Positions 1 through 10,201 of a stretch of DNA of 64,000 bases are shown in pieces. Made by a program: the position numbers and the translations under genes. Below the pieces are notes generated by a model. That model made no database searches and was not told where the DNA came from. It saw only the letters and a list, made by a program, of their open reading frames with translations. The number at the start of each line of letters is the position of its first letter. The stretch's first letter is position 1. This stretch comes from an uncultured Bacteriovoracaceae bacterium (lineage in GTDB: Bacteria; Bdellovibrionota; UBA1018), in contig CAYILR010000020.1 of assembly GCA_964364175.1 (NCBI GenBank), forward strand, positions 7,302 through 71,301. Direction: 5' to 3'.

Positions 1-91
1 AGGATTCCTTCAGAATCAGGGGTCACAAATTTGGGTGTGATTGACTTTCTCATCATCGCTCGGGTAGAGCACCCTCAGTGGAGGATGTATT

Positions 92-718
92 ATGGTGATT
101 TACGGGCTTCGTGCGCCGTTTCCGTTTCTTAAGGGACATGTTCGACATATTCGGCCGGTTTGGTTGATGGAGGAACTCGGTGTTCCATACGAACTTCATT
201 TTCTAGATTCCGACAAAGGTGATGAGACAACTCGGGAGTATCTCGAGATCAATCCATTCGGCAAAGTTCCGGCGCTTCAGGATGGCCCGCTCAAAATGTC
301 TGAGTCGGGGGCGATTTGTACTTATCTTGCCGAAAAATTTGAAAAACTGATTCCATCTGCGAGAACTCCCGAACGCGCTATCCATGATCAGTGGATGTAC
401 GTCGCTGTCACTATGGTGGAGCCGCATTCGGTTCGTGTTTTGTCTGCTGATTTTTTTTACGAGGGTGAACCCGAAGGTCCTGTTTTGCGTGAAGCTGCGC
501 TGGATGCGCTCGTTCCTACTTTGGAAGTTCTTGAGTCTCACTTAGGAAAAAATACCTACATTACTGGCAATGAATTTGCTGTTGCTGACATTATGATGAC
601 CGCCAGCCTAAGGCTGGTCTCGTACACAGATATTCTACAAAAATATCCGAGCATTTGTTTTTACATCAATCGCACGACCGAGAGACCGGCCTTTTTGAAG
701 GCTATTGCTCTACAGTAA
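92..718 (+). CDS. Glutathione S-transferase family protein
   Basis: 208-aa ORF. The N-terminal thioredoxin-like GST fold (FGKVPALQDG, SESGAICTYLAEKF) is followed by a C-terminal alpha-helical domain. Confidence 0.75.
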   Translation: MVIYGLRAPFPFLKGHVRHIRPVWLMEELGVPYELHFLDSDKGDETTREYLEINPFGKVPALQDGPLKMSESGAICTYLAEKFEKLIPSARTPERAIHDQWMYVAVTMVEPHSVRVLSADFFYEGEPEGPVLREAALDALVPTLEVLESHLGKNTYITGNEFAVADIMMTASLRLVSYTDILQKYPSICFYINRTTERPAFLKAIALQ

Positions 719-749
719 TTATTTATTTTAAATAGAATGTCTTCGCTGA

Positions 750-765
750 CATCAGCCGGCTGATG
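750..765. repeat. Perfect 16-bp palindrome CATCAGCCGGCTGATG at the 5' edge of duplicated cassette copy A
   Basis: Read directly from the sequence. The same motif, CATCAGCCGGCTGAT, recurs at 3906-3920 at the head of copy B, and both are followed by a conserved small hairpin GTCCGGTTTT(T/C)GGAC. Confidence 0.6.
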
Positions 766-926
766 TTTGGGTGCGGGTGCGGAGTCCGGTTTTTGGACAT
801 GTTGGAGTGTTTTCGGTCATAAAATGTTTCATTTTTTTTTATAACTTGTTGTATTTGCAAGGGATAAAAATTTCATCTCTCATAGAAACTTTGGTATTCT
901 GAGTGCTTCAGGACGGAGTATTTTAT

Positions 927-1220
927 ATGGAAAAAATGAATGAAAACCAGTTCGAAAAAATGAAATCAGAAATCTTGCCTTCTGACGAGGTAGAAGAGGG
1001 TGAGCTCTGGAAGGCTGTTCTTGCGTCGAAGCCACGTTTTTCTAGCAATGCTGAGGCAGCGGCGGCTTATAGGCTTGAATTGGATGAGCTTGCGGTGACT
1101 CATGGTCAGACAGTAGAAGACCTCCTTCATGAGGCGCATACATCTCATATTTTTAAAGACCATCATTTCCATGCGCTCGCTCTCGAGCGTCGCATTGGCT
1201 ATTTGAGCATAAAAAAATGA
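927..1220 (+). CDS. Cassette gene 1, copy A: small acidic protein of unknown function
   Basis: The ORF track gives 903..1220, but the likely start is MEKMNENQ at 927, preceded by GGACGGAG. It is about 75% identical to the copy at 4085..4372 and overlaps the next gene by 4 bp (ATGA). Confidence 0.55.
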   Translation: MEKMNENQFEKMKSEILPSDEVEEGELWKAVLASKPRFSSNAEAAAAYRLELDELAVTHGQTVEDLLHEAHTSHIFKDHHFHALALERRIGYLSIKK

Positions 1221-1678
1221 CTCAAAAACATGATTGGGCGAGTTACCAAACCTATATCAATGCACATGAGCGTGTTCTCAGAACGTATGCAAAATTCATG
1301 GAATATCCGAAGCGATATAAACTTGATGAGGTCAATGAAAATTGGTTCATTCTTTCATGCAAAGAGTTGATTTTTACAACGTATAACGGTGGCAAAATCA
1401 GAGTCGATATTATCAAGGATGTTGAAGTAGACGTCTCAGTACCGCAGCGGAAAAAAGCTCGGACTTTTGCTTACAGCTACAGTTGTAGTCGTCCAGGTGG
1501 ATCACGTCTTATACGATATGACAGTCCCGATACTGAGGTAGGTCCTAAAACACCTGATCATCACCGCTATCACCACAAACATGACTTCACGTCAGGCAAG
1601 GAAGTCATCACGAAAGTTGCAGACGACGCCTGGCCGCATGTCAGCGATTTTTTCAATGAGGTACTTACGAGTTTCTAA
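1217..1678 (+). CDS. Cassette gene 2, copy A: 153-aa protein with a His-rich C-terminus (HHRYHHKHDF), function unknown
   Basis: 153-aa ORF translationally coupled to gene 1. It is about 75% identical to the paralog at 4369..4830, with a very conserved C-terminal half (RKKAR.FAYSY.C.R.GG..LIRYDSPD...GPKTP.HH.YHHKHDFTSGKEVIT). Confidence 0.6.
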   Translation: MTQKHDWASYQTYINAHERVLRTYAKFMEYPKRYKLDEVNENWFILSCKELIFTTYNGGKIRVDIIKDVEVDVSVPQRKKARTFAYSYSCSRPGGSRLIRYDSPDTEVGPKTPDHHRYHHKHDFTSGKEVITKVADDAWPHVSDFFNEVLTSF

Positions 1679-1703
1679 GAGCGCATCTAAGGAAATGCTG
1701 TCG

Positions 1704-2636
1704 TTATGTCCCACGCTGGGCGGCGGCGTTGATTCCGGAGAGTTCCAGGCTGTCGTAATATTCTAGGTTATCTTTGATGGCGATGAGTCGGCTTTTGTAT
1801 TTGTCAGATACGTTTCTGTAAATTGCGCCGCCGATTCCGGCGATTGCGCAAGCGGCGTTGAACATGGGGTAGCCTTCTGGCGACTTTCCAAGACAAGTGA
1901 TGTTCGATACACGTCTTCTCAGAAAATTGTAGGTTCCTGGTACTGTTTTCACAAGCGCACCAGAGTCTTCCTGAGAGTAAGCCAAGATAAAATCTGCGCG
2001 AAAATGCTGATTCTTAAATTGTTCCTTGCGAAGCCGACCTGCGTCGCTGGAATACCACTCCACAAATCCGATGCGTGTGGCTCGAATCAAGAGTCCCCGA
2101 ACAAATGGATTGTCGCCGTAGGTTTTGCTTTTTCGCTCATCCACGTTGCCTTGCGAGTCAAAATACAGATCCAGAGTAGCGTTGCCATGAATCGAGTTTT
2201 CGACAAGGAGTTCTGGATAATCTAAGTGGCCATTGATTTTACTCGCGAGCAAATCAAAAACATCCCAGACTTTGCTTTCGGTTTCCAATAATTCTCGTGC
2301 AAACTCGGCGCTCTCGCTGCCAGTGGTTGTATGAGCTTTTTTTATTGTTTGGGAGGTAGTGCCAAGGATTGGCAAAGCGAATTTGGAGAGTGCTGCAAGA
2401 GTTCCTTTTTGAACTCTGTTTGGTACTTTAGTTTGAATAGAGGTAGGACGATTTTTTATCTGAGTTGGCGTCGGACTCAATAGTTCTACTGCTATCGACT
2501 GATGAGTCGGAGGTACTATTGTATTTTTGTGTAAAAGTGGCACTGCTGCATAGAATAACGCCAAGGCACCCGAGTGGATCAGGAGCGAAATTAGAAAATA
2601 ATTTCTCGATTTTTTATTTTTTCTCACTGGACTCAT
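1704..2636 (-). CDS. TonB-like energy transducer family protein (tentative)
   Basis: The N-terminal TM helix carries an S-x3-H motif (LISLLIHSGALAL), followed by a Pro/Thr-rich spacer. The segment YPELLVENSIHGNATLDLYFDSQGNV resembles a TonB C-terminal domain, although about 110 extra C-terminal residues follow it. Confidence 0.4.
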   Translation of the reverse strand: MSPVRKNKKSRNYFLISLLIHSGALALFYAAVPLLHKNTIVPPTHQSIAVELLSPTPTQIKNRPTSIQTKVPNRVQKGTLAALSKFALPILGTTSQTIKKAHTTTGSESAEFARELLETESKVWDVFDLLASKINGHLDYPELLVENSIHGNATLDLYFDSQGNVDERKSKTYGDNPFVRGLLIRATRIGFVEWYSSDAGRLRKEQFKNQHFRADFILAYSQEDSGALVKTVPGTYNFLRRRVSNITCLGKSPEGYPMFNAACAIAGIGGAIYRNVSDKYKSRLIAIKDNLEYYDSLELSGINAAAQRGT

Positions 2637-2682
2637 TCTCCCATAAAAAAGAACAATAATCGATGCTGGATTTGTTAGACAT

Positions 2683-2830
2683 GCGTCGACTTGGCTATCT
2701 CAGCAAATGACTCGGAAGCACGGCTGGGTGAGCTACCAGACTTATATCGATGCACATGAGCGTGTTTTGAAAACGTATACGAAGGAGGTGGCCAGATCGG
2801 TCCTAGAACACCTGCTTGCCACTACGATTC
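2683..2830 (+). pseudogene. Degenerate remnant of the duplicated cassette (tail of gene 1, then a start of gene 2 with internal deletions)
   Basis: 2683-2706 matches the 3' end of gene 1 (RIGYLSK stop). 2707-2770 is about 90% identical at the DNA level to the start of gene 2 (MTRKHGWVSYQTYIDAHERVLKTY). A 30-bp segment between two direct AAAACGTAT repeats is deleted, and the sequence then jumps to the GPKTP region. Confidence 0.5.
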
Positions 2831-2833
2831 TAC

Positions 2834-3718
2834 TCAAATTGCCGAACCTACTTGGTGTAGCTCGGGTTTTCTCAATTCAACAGCAACACCTTGAGATTGA
2901 GAGTCGAAGTGTTTGGATTCTTTCTGTGATTCGCGTGGGTCACGAAAAGAGGTTTTATCGAAGAGCGCTCTTCTTTGATCTTCAATTTTTTTCTGTTTTT
3001 CTCGTTCTATTCTCTGTTCTTCCTGTTCTTTTCTCTTTTGTTCCATTTCTAGTGCTTGTTTCTGCGCTTGATATTTTTTAGCATTCACTTGTTGATCCAA
3101 AGAATATTTGGCGCCCGCGATGAGATGCTTCACAGAATCGAGGGTGTTGACAAAGACATTGTTGAAACTAGTTTCGTGATCATGCCAGTCTGCTCTAGTG
3201 TTACAAAAACTGTTAGAACTGTTTATGTTATCTGTGCCGATCTCTTTTAAAAAATCATCAGAAACTTCAGATACTATGATACTGGTTGTCCTTGGTGCTG
3301 TTTCATTACCAAAATAGTAGGAAAGTTCATAATCAATCCGCTCCACGTCAGACATGATCGAATTATTGCTATTTCTGCGTATTCTTTCTTTAAGATGAAC
3401 ATATTTTGCTCCTAATGCCTCTAACTCTCGAATCCCTTGTTTTACTTCGGGGTTTTCTGCTGCTTGAATCAGTTGCTCATGTTTGAGAAAAGCACACATG
3501 GGTCGTTTATTAAGTTCCTGAAAAAGTCGCTCTTTTTCTTCTTTGGATCGATCAGAAGCCAAATATAAATCGATTGATGAATTAATGTAGGAACGGTCGT
3601 CCTCCAAATAAATTTTAACGCTCGGATGTTCGATTTTTTGACCTTCAGCTTTTGCAACCATTGGGGATGCAGAAACTGTTAAAGCCATAGCCAATAAATA
3701 TTTGTGATTAAATTTCAT
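2834..3718 (-). CDS. Secreted hypothetical protein with a charged coiled-coil C-terminus
   Basis: The signal peptide is MKFNHKYLLAMALTVSASPMVAKA. The C-terminus is rich in K/E/Q/R repeats. Confidence 0.5.
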   Translation of the reverse strand: MKFNHKYLLAMALTVSASPMVAKAEGQKIEHPSVKIYLEDDRSYINSSIDLYLASDRSKEEKERLFQELNKRPMCAFLKHEQLIQAAENPEVKQGIRELEALGAKYVHLKERIRRNSNNSIMSDVERIDYELSYYFGNETAPRTTSIIVSEVSDDFLKEIGTDNINSSNSFCNTRADWHDHETSFNNVFVNTLDSVKHLIAGAKYSLDQQVNAKKYQAQKQALEMEQKRKEQEEQRIEREKQKKIEDQRRALFDKTSFRDPRESQKESKHFDSQSQGVAVELRKPELHQVGSAI

Positions 3719-4084
3719 AAAACCTCTCTGGGATATGATTACGCAAAGGCCATGCCAGATAGGAACGGAGGACGATGTGCTTTAATGACTAATGAGCCCA
3801 GTCGTTATGAGAAAAATAAGCTAATTTAGTTTAAAAAATTAGTTACCTTTCTGACTAGTGTTAAAAACTTGAACAGTCTTTCGAACCAATCCACCAGCAC
3901 TCAAACATCAGCCGGCTGATTTTGAGTGCAAAAACGTGTAGTCCGGTTTTCGGACACGTTGAAGTATTTCCGACATAAAATATTTTCTATTTTTTTTATA
4001 ACCTGCTGGATTTGCTAAGGATTAAAGTTTCAGGATCTCTGGAAACTTTGGTATTCTAAGGGCTTCAGAACAGGAGTGTTTTTT

Positions 4085-4372
4085 ATGGAAAAAATAATTG
4101 AAAACCGGGTCGAAAAAATGAAATCAGAAATTTTGCCTTGTGACGAGGAGGGGGAGAGTGAGCTTTGGAAGGAGATTTGCGCAGCTAAACCGCTTTTTTC
4201 TAGCAACGCGGAGGCTGCAATTGCATATCGTCGAGAGCTTGATGAACTTGCAGTGACTCACAATCAGACGGTTGAAGATCTCCTTTATGAAGCCCACACG
4301 ACTCACTTTTCCAAAGAGCATCACTTTCGTGCTCTCGCTCTAGAACGTCGAATTGGCTATCTCAGCAAATGA
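4085..4372 (+). CDS. Cassette gene 1, copy B
   Basis: The ORF track gives 4076..4372, but the likely start is MEKIIENR at 4085. It is a paralog of 927..1220 and is preceded by the same 170-bp conserved leader (3906-4075). Confidence 0.55.
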   Translation: MEKIIENRVEKMKSEILPCDEEGESELWKEICAAKPLFSSNAEAAIAYRRELDELAVTHNQTVEDLLYEAHTTHFSKEHHFRALALERRIGYLSK

Positions 4373-4830
4373 TTCGGAAGCACGACTGGGCGAGCTACCA
4401 GACTTATATGGATGCACATGAGCGTGTTTTGAAAACGTATGAAAAGTTCATGGAATTTCCAAAAACGTATACGAAAGAAGTGGCCAACGAGAGTTGGGTC
4501 ATCTTTAGATGCCAAGAGTTGATTTTTACCACTTACAACGGAAGTAAAGTTCAAGTGGATCTCCACAAGGATGTTGAAATTGATGCATCAGTTCCGACAC
4601 GTAAAAAAGCGCGGATTTTTGCATACAGTTATCATTGTGGTCGCCTTGGCGGACCTAACTTAATACGGTATGACAGTCCAGACATTCAGATAGGTCCTAA
4701 GACACCGAAGCACCACTACTATCACCACAAACACGACTTCACGTCCGGGAAGGAAGTGATTACAAGAGTTCCAAACGACTCTTGGCCGCATGTGAGTGAT
4801 TTTTTCCATGAAGTCTTGATGACTTTCTGA
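4369..4830 (+). CDS. Cassette gene 2, copy B (153 aa, His-rich C-terminus)
   Basis: It overlaps gene 1 by 4 bp and is a paralog of 1217..1678. Confidence 0.6.
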   Translation: MIRKHDWASYQTYMDAHERVLKTYEKFMEFPKTYTKEVANESWVIFRCQELIFTTYNGSKVQVDLHKDVEIDASVPTRKKARIFAYSYHCGRLGGPNLIRYDSPDIQIGPKTPKHHYYHHKHDFTSGKEVITRVPNDSWPHVSDFFHEVLMTF

Positions 4831-4858
4831 TAATCAGCCTCATCGAAACGGGGTTCAA

Positions 4859-5404
4859 ATGGTTCAATCTGTAATGGTTTTGCTGACTTTGATGGGTTTG
4901 GGTGCGCCGGTGGCTTATTCGGCGGACTTGCTGAAATGTGAGTTTCACTCGATTGACCCTGAAGATCCTGTGATGCCGGTTGTGATTTCCAAAGACAAGA
5001 AGGGCAAATTGACTCTGTCTCTTCAAGGTGAGCAACCGGTGAGTTATCCGGTATTGCGTGTTCTTGACAGGACGCTCCCGAATCTCCAGGAGATGTTGGC
5101 TTGTGATTCGAGCAGTAATTCCTTGGATGAGTGCATGGACCGATATTCCAAAAAATACAGATTCTTGGATGCGTATGAATCGATGCTTCCCCGAGAAGTT
5201 CTCTATATGCGGGATTTGTCGCAGGACTCCGTGGTCAAAGCTGATTTTGGCCTGCAAATTGAATCGATTGCTCGTGTTAGAAAATATGCTGTCGTAGGCC
5301 CCAGCAAATTCGGGCTACCGGGTTTGAACGAATACTACGATGCCAATGACAGGTTAATCGGTAGAATTCTATTCCCCGGCATCGGCGCAGGACCTTGTCG
5401 GTAG
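4859..5404 (+). CDS. Secreted hypothetical protein
   Basis: It has an N-terminal signal peptide (MVLLTLMGLGAPVAYSA). I recognise no known domain. Confidence 0.45.
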   Translation: MVQSVMVLLTLMGLGAPVAYSADLLKCEFHSIDPEDPVMPVVISKDKKGKLTLSLQGEQPVSYPVLRVLDRTLPNLQEMLACDSSSNSLDECMDRYSKKYRFLDAYESMLPREVLYMRDLSQDSVVKADFGLQIESIARVRKYAVVGPSKFGLPGLNEYYDANDRLIGRILFPGIGAGPCR

Positions 5405-5436
5405 TTTTTTATCTGGTTCTTTTGTAAGCTTATCAA

Positions 5437-6165
5437 ATGATCTCTAGCCAAGACCTGATGGTGATCGGGTTCCTCGTGTTTCTTGAAGGAATCCTTTCGA
5501 TTGATAATGCTCTCGTGCTGGCCCTTTTGGCCAAGGATCTGCCAAAATCCTTGCAACGCAAGGCCCTGACATACGGGCTTGTGGGTGCGGTTTTATTCCG
5601 TCTGATTTCGCTGGGTCTGGTGACCTACTTGATCCGTTGGCGATGGGTCAAATTTGTGGGGGGAGGGTACCTTCTTTTCATTGCGATCAAGAATCTTTTT
5701 TTTGAGGACAAATCACCCCACAAGAAATTAAAAAAATCCAGTTTTTGGAAGACTGTCTTGGTGATTGAGCTGACAGACATCGCTTTTGCAGTCGATTCGA
5801 TTTTGGCTGCTGTGGCGTTGTCTAACAAATTCTGGATTGTCTTTACTGGCGGCGTTTTGGGTCTCATCATGATGCGGTTTGCGGCGAGCATTTTTATCAA
5901 AATGCTCGACCGGTTTCCTGCGTTCGAGACGACAGCCTATCTTTTGGTTTTGGCGATCGGGGTGAAGGTGATCCTGGAGGGAATGCAAATTCCTGGAATT
6001 GATTTCCATGAAACTCATGAGCCCCCATTCTGGATTTTTTGGACGGTGGCATTGATGTGTGTCTTGTATGGATTTTCCCCTGCGAAAAAGAAAAAATCAC
6101 TGGAATCTTCACTGAAGGAAGAAGAGAAACTCAGTGATGAAATTTCTGGAGATGAACAAAGATGA
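5437..6165 (+). CDS. TerC family integral membrane protein
   Basis: The protein is multi-TM and carries the IDNALVLALL signature typical of TerC/Alx/YkoY proteins. Confidence 0.8.
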   Translation: MISSQDLMVIGFLVFLEGILSIDNALVLALLAKDLPKSLQRKALTYGLVGAVLFRLISLGLVTYLIRWRWVKFVGGGYLLFIAIKNLFFEDKSPHKKLKKSSFWKTVLVIELTDIAFAVDSILAAVALSNKFWIVFTGGVLGLIMMRFAASIFIKMLDRFPAFETTAYLLVLAIGVKVILEGMQIPGIDFHETHEPPFWIFWTVALMCVLYGFSPAKKKKSLESSLKEEEKLSDEISGDEQR

Positions 6166-7319
6166 TACTCAGGGCCCCTGCTCGCGCGAGCCTAGTTCTC
6201 TATTCATTGATTTTTTTTCAAGCCCCGCAAGGTTTTGACATCGGAAAATTTCCATTTGAAAACCTCTTGCCTCCCGAAGGCGTTGCGACTCAAAAAGAGC
6301 AGGATATTCTTAAGCAAATTTTGAAGCAAAATCACCTGGATGAAAAGCTCCTGTTCTCTGACCTGGATCATGACGGAATTCGGGATTTTACGATCTCGCA
6401 GTCGGGTGACATGACTATTATTGCTGCTGAGGATGCAGACTGGGATGGGGATGGGGTGCCCAATTTGATTGACGAGTCGATTGGAAAAACTAAGGTTGCT
6501 CAGCTTGAAAAGAAAGAATTTTTTTCAAACGAATTCAAAGCACAGCTAGGCTCGGCTACCGATCTGGCACGATCCTTGGAAATTCATGGAATCAAGGTGA
6601 TTTCCGATCGGGATTACGTTCACGATGTTTTGGTACTCGAGATTTTCAAGAAGATTCTCGAGATCACGAAGATTAAGAATGGTGGTGGTATTCGTTTTTT
6701 TCATGCGACTCGGCCCATTGCGAGCAAGGGGCAACATGTATTTTTCTCATTTGTCACGCAGTCTCGCAGTTTGGAATTCTATCCAGAACCTTTTTTGAAA
6801 TACATGAAGGAGCAGATCCGGGGCCGGTTCAAAGGTGCTCCCGCTGCACAACTGGTCAATGGATTTGTGATGCCGGTAATTGTGCACAGTCTTGCGCATG
6901 AGCTGGGGCATGCGGTGGGCTCGAAATCAGAAATAGAAAAACTGGCAAAAGATTCTGGTTGGAGTTGGAAAGTAGAACCCACGGGATCCAAATACTTAGT
7001 GGAAAAACGAGAATCGTCCAAGGCATTGAAGGAAACGAAAACAGATCTTCAATTCAAGGGGAAGAATCTTAAACAGTGGATGGGTGAGAAGGAGCTTTTT
7101 GAAAAGACTTCAGAACACCCAATGAGCATGCTCAAAAAAGCGGGCACTTTGAGCTATTACTCTTTCAGCGATCCCGATGAGTGGTGGGCGGAGAATTTTG
7201 CCGCATGTGTGTTCAAGAAAGTATTCCCAAAATCAGCTGAAGCGGACGAGTCCACGCGCTTTGAAGCCCTGATGGGTTTCCGATCAGATCTGGGGAACGA
7301 AAAGGCTTGTCGGTTTTAA
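6162..7319 (+). CDS. Hypothetical protein with an HExxH zinc-metallopeptidase-like motif and Asp-rich Ca-binding-like repeats
   Basis: The start overlaps the TerC gene by 4 bp. It contains the motifs HSLAHELGHAVG, DLDHDGIRDF and DADWDGDGVPNLID. Confidence 0.45.
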   Translation: MILRAPARASLVLYSLIFFQAPQGFDIGKFPFENLLPPEGVATQKEQDILKQILKQNHLDEKLLFSDLDHDGIRDFTISQSGDMTIIAAEDADWDGDGVPNLIDESIGKTKVAQLEKKEFFSNEFKAQLGSATDLARSLEIHGIKVISDRDYVHDVLVLEIFKKILEITKIKNGGGIRFFHATRPIASKGQHVFFSFVTQSRSLEFYPEPFLKYMKEQIRGRFKGAPAAQLVNGFVMPVIVHSLAHELGHAVGSKSEIEKLAKDSGWSWKVEPTGSKYLVEKRESSKALKETKTDLQFKGKNLKQWMGEKELFEKTSEHPMSMLKKAGTLSYYSFSDPDEWWAENFAACVFKKVFPKSAEADESTRFEALMGFRSDLGNEKACRF

Positions 7320-7746
7320 TGAGCGGTTTTCTTTGCGCCCTTAACTGCTTTCAGAACAGCTTTCTGAGCAGTCATCTCATCTAGGATTGCGAGAGCTTCG
7401 AATCGAAGATCGTTTTCAAAAATGAAACGGTAAAAATTTTCCATGTCTGGATGGTGACGAAAGTTTTTGAAAGAAGCAGAAGCTTCAGCAGTTCCGCCCG
7501 CAGTGGCAGCAGCCAACGCAGCAGCGTTGCTATCGGATGAGCGGCCTTGAGCAGCAGCTTCTTCAGCTTCGTCTTCGTCAATGGTTTCAACAGTGACGGA
7601 AATCTCAGTAGATTTCATTTCAATGACTTCGGATTTCTTGGAAGCTTTTGCTGGAGCTTTCGCAGACTTGGTTTCTGATTTGGTTTCTTTGGCGATTGCG
7701 ACAGGCTTCTTTTTGGTGGTTTTGGTGCTCATTTTTTTCCCTTTCA

Positions 7747-7747
<1 letters not shown>
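7316..7747 (-). CDS. Lys/Ala-rich basic protein (histone H1-like N-terminus), function unknown
   Basis: The N-terminus is TKTTKKKPVAIAKETKSETKSAKAPAKASKK. The gene lies immediately downstream of, and is coupled to, the sigma-54 activator gene. Confidence 0.45.
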
Positions 7748-9405
<1,658 letters not shown>

Positions 9406-9457
9406 TGACCGAAGCGGAGTATATCTTTTTTACATGGAGAAATCAAGCTAAATCCGA

Positions 9458-10201
9458 TCAAGAACGTCGGTCAAAATCTCGAAGTAAAATTTGCAAAGAA
9501 AGAAGAGATAAAAACAAAGGAATACAGGTAGTTATAGCGATCGACGGAGCTTCGATCAAGTAATCCTTACCCTGTAAAATCAACGCTCCCCAAGTATTTT
9601 TTCCGACGGGAGCCCCTAAACCCATCAAAGTCAGGGTGGCTTCGGCCAGGATTCCAGCGGCAAATAGGTCGGGAATTTTTACACGGATCCAGTGCCATAA
9701 ATGAGGGGTGAAGTGAAGCATGACGAGCCTTGGAAAAGAAGCCCCCAGGGCGCGGGTAGCAGTCATAAAGTCCTCTTGTATAATTTCCCGAGCTCGGACT
9801 TGGACTAGTCGGATCATCCCAGGCAGGGTTCCTAGGACCATAGCTGCTACCAGGGTTTTCCACCCTGGACTGATGAGTGCGGCTAGTGTGATCGAGATCA
9901 AAAGAGAGGGGAAGGCCAAGAAAAAATCGAGGAACTTCCCACTATAAAACGAGAGTTGAGCGGGTAGGGTAGCGAGTAGGCATCCTACCGTGATTCCAAT
10001 GAGCAAAGTGCAGCTGCCTATGATGAGTGAAAGCCCTGAGCTGATCGCGCTCCCTTGAAGAACAAGCCAAAGGAGCGGTCTGCCAAAAACGTCGTATCCG
10101 GGTTGAATACTGAGTGGCAGATGAAAGGGAATGTCGAGAGTGAGTGCGAAAAGGGAGAGTCCATACCAAGTGGCAAGCCAGAGATAGGCGGCTTTCCTCA
10201 T
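9458..10201 (-). CDS. ABC transporter permease, DppC/OppC-like
   Basis: It has six TM helices and the EAA loop AEATLTLMGLGAP. Confidence 0.75.
   Translation of the reverse strand: MRKAAYLWLATWYGLSLFALTLDIPFHLPLSIQPGYDVFGRPLLWLVLQGSAISSGLSLIIGSCTLLIGITVGCLLATLPAQLSFYSGKFLDFFLAFPSLLISITLAALISPGWKTLVAAMVLGTLPGMIRLVQVRAREIIQEDFMTATRALGASFPRLVMLHFTPHLWHWIRVKIPDLFAAGILAEATLTLMGLGAPVGKNTWGALILQGKDYLIEAPSIAITTCIPLFLSLLSLQILLRDFDRRS

Noticed and set aside
5300-5436. Possible yybP-ykoY (Mn) riboswitch upstream of the TerC-family gene
   Set aside because: Only 32 bp separate the upstream stop from the TerC start, and none of the conserved GGAGAGTAG / GGGGAGTAG riboswitch boxes are present.
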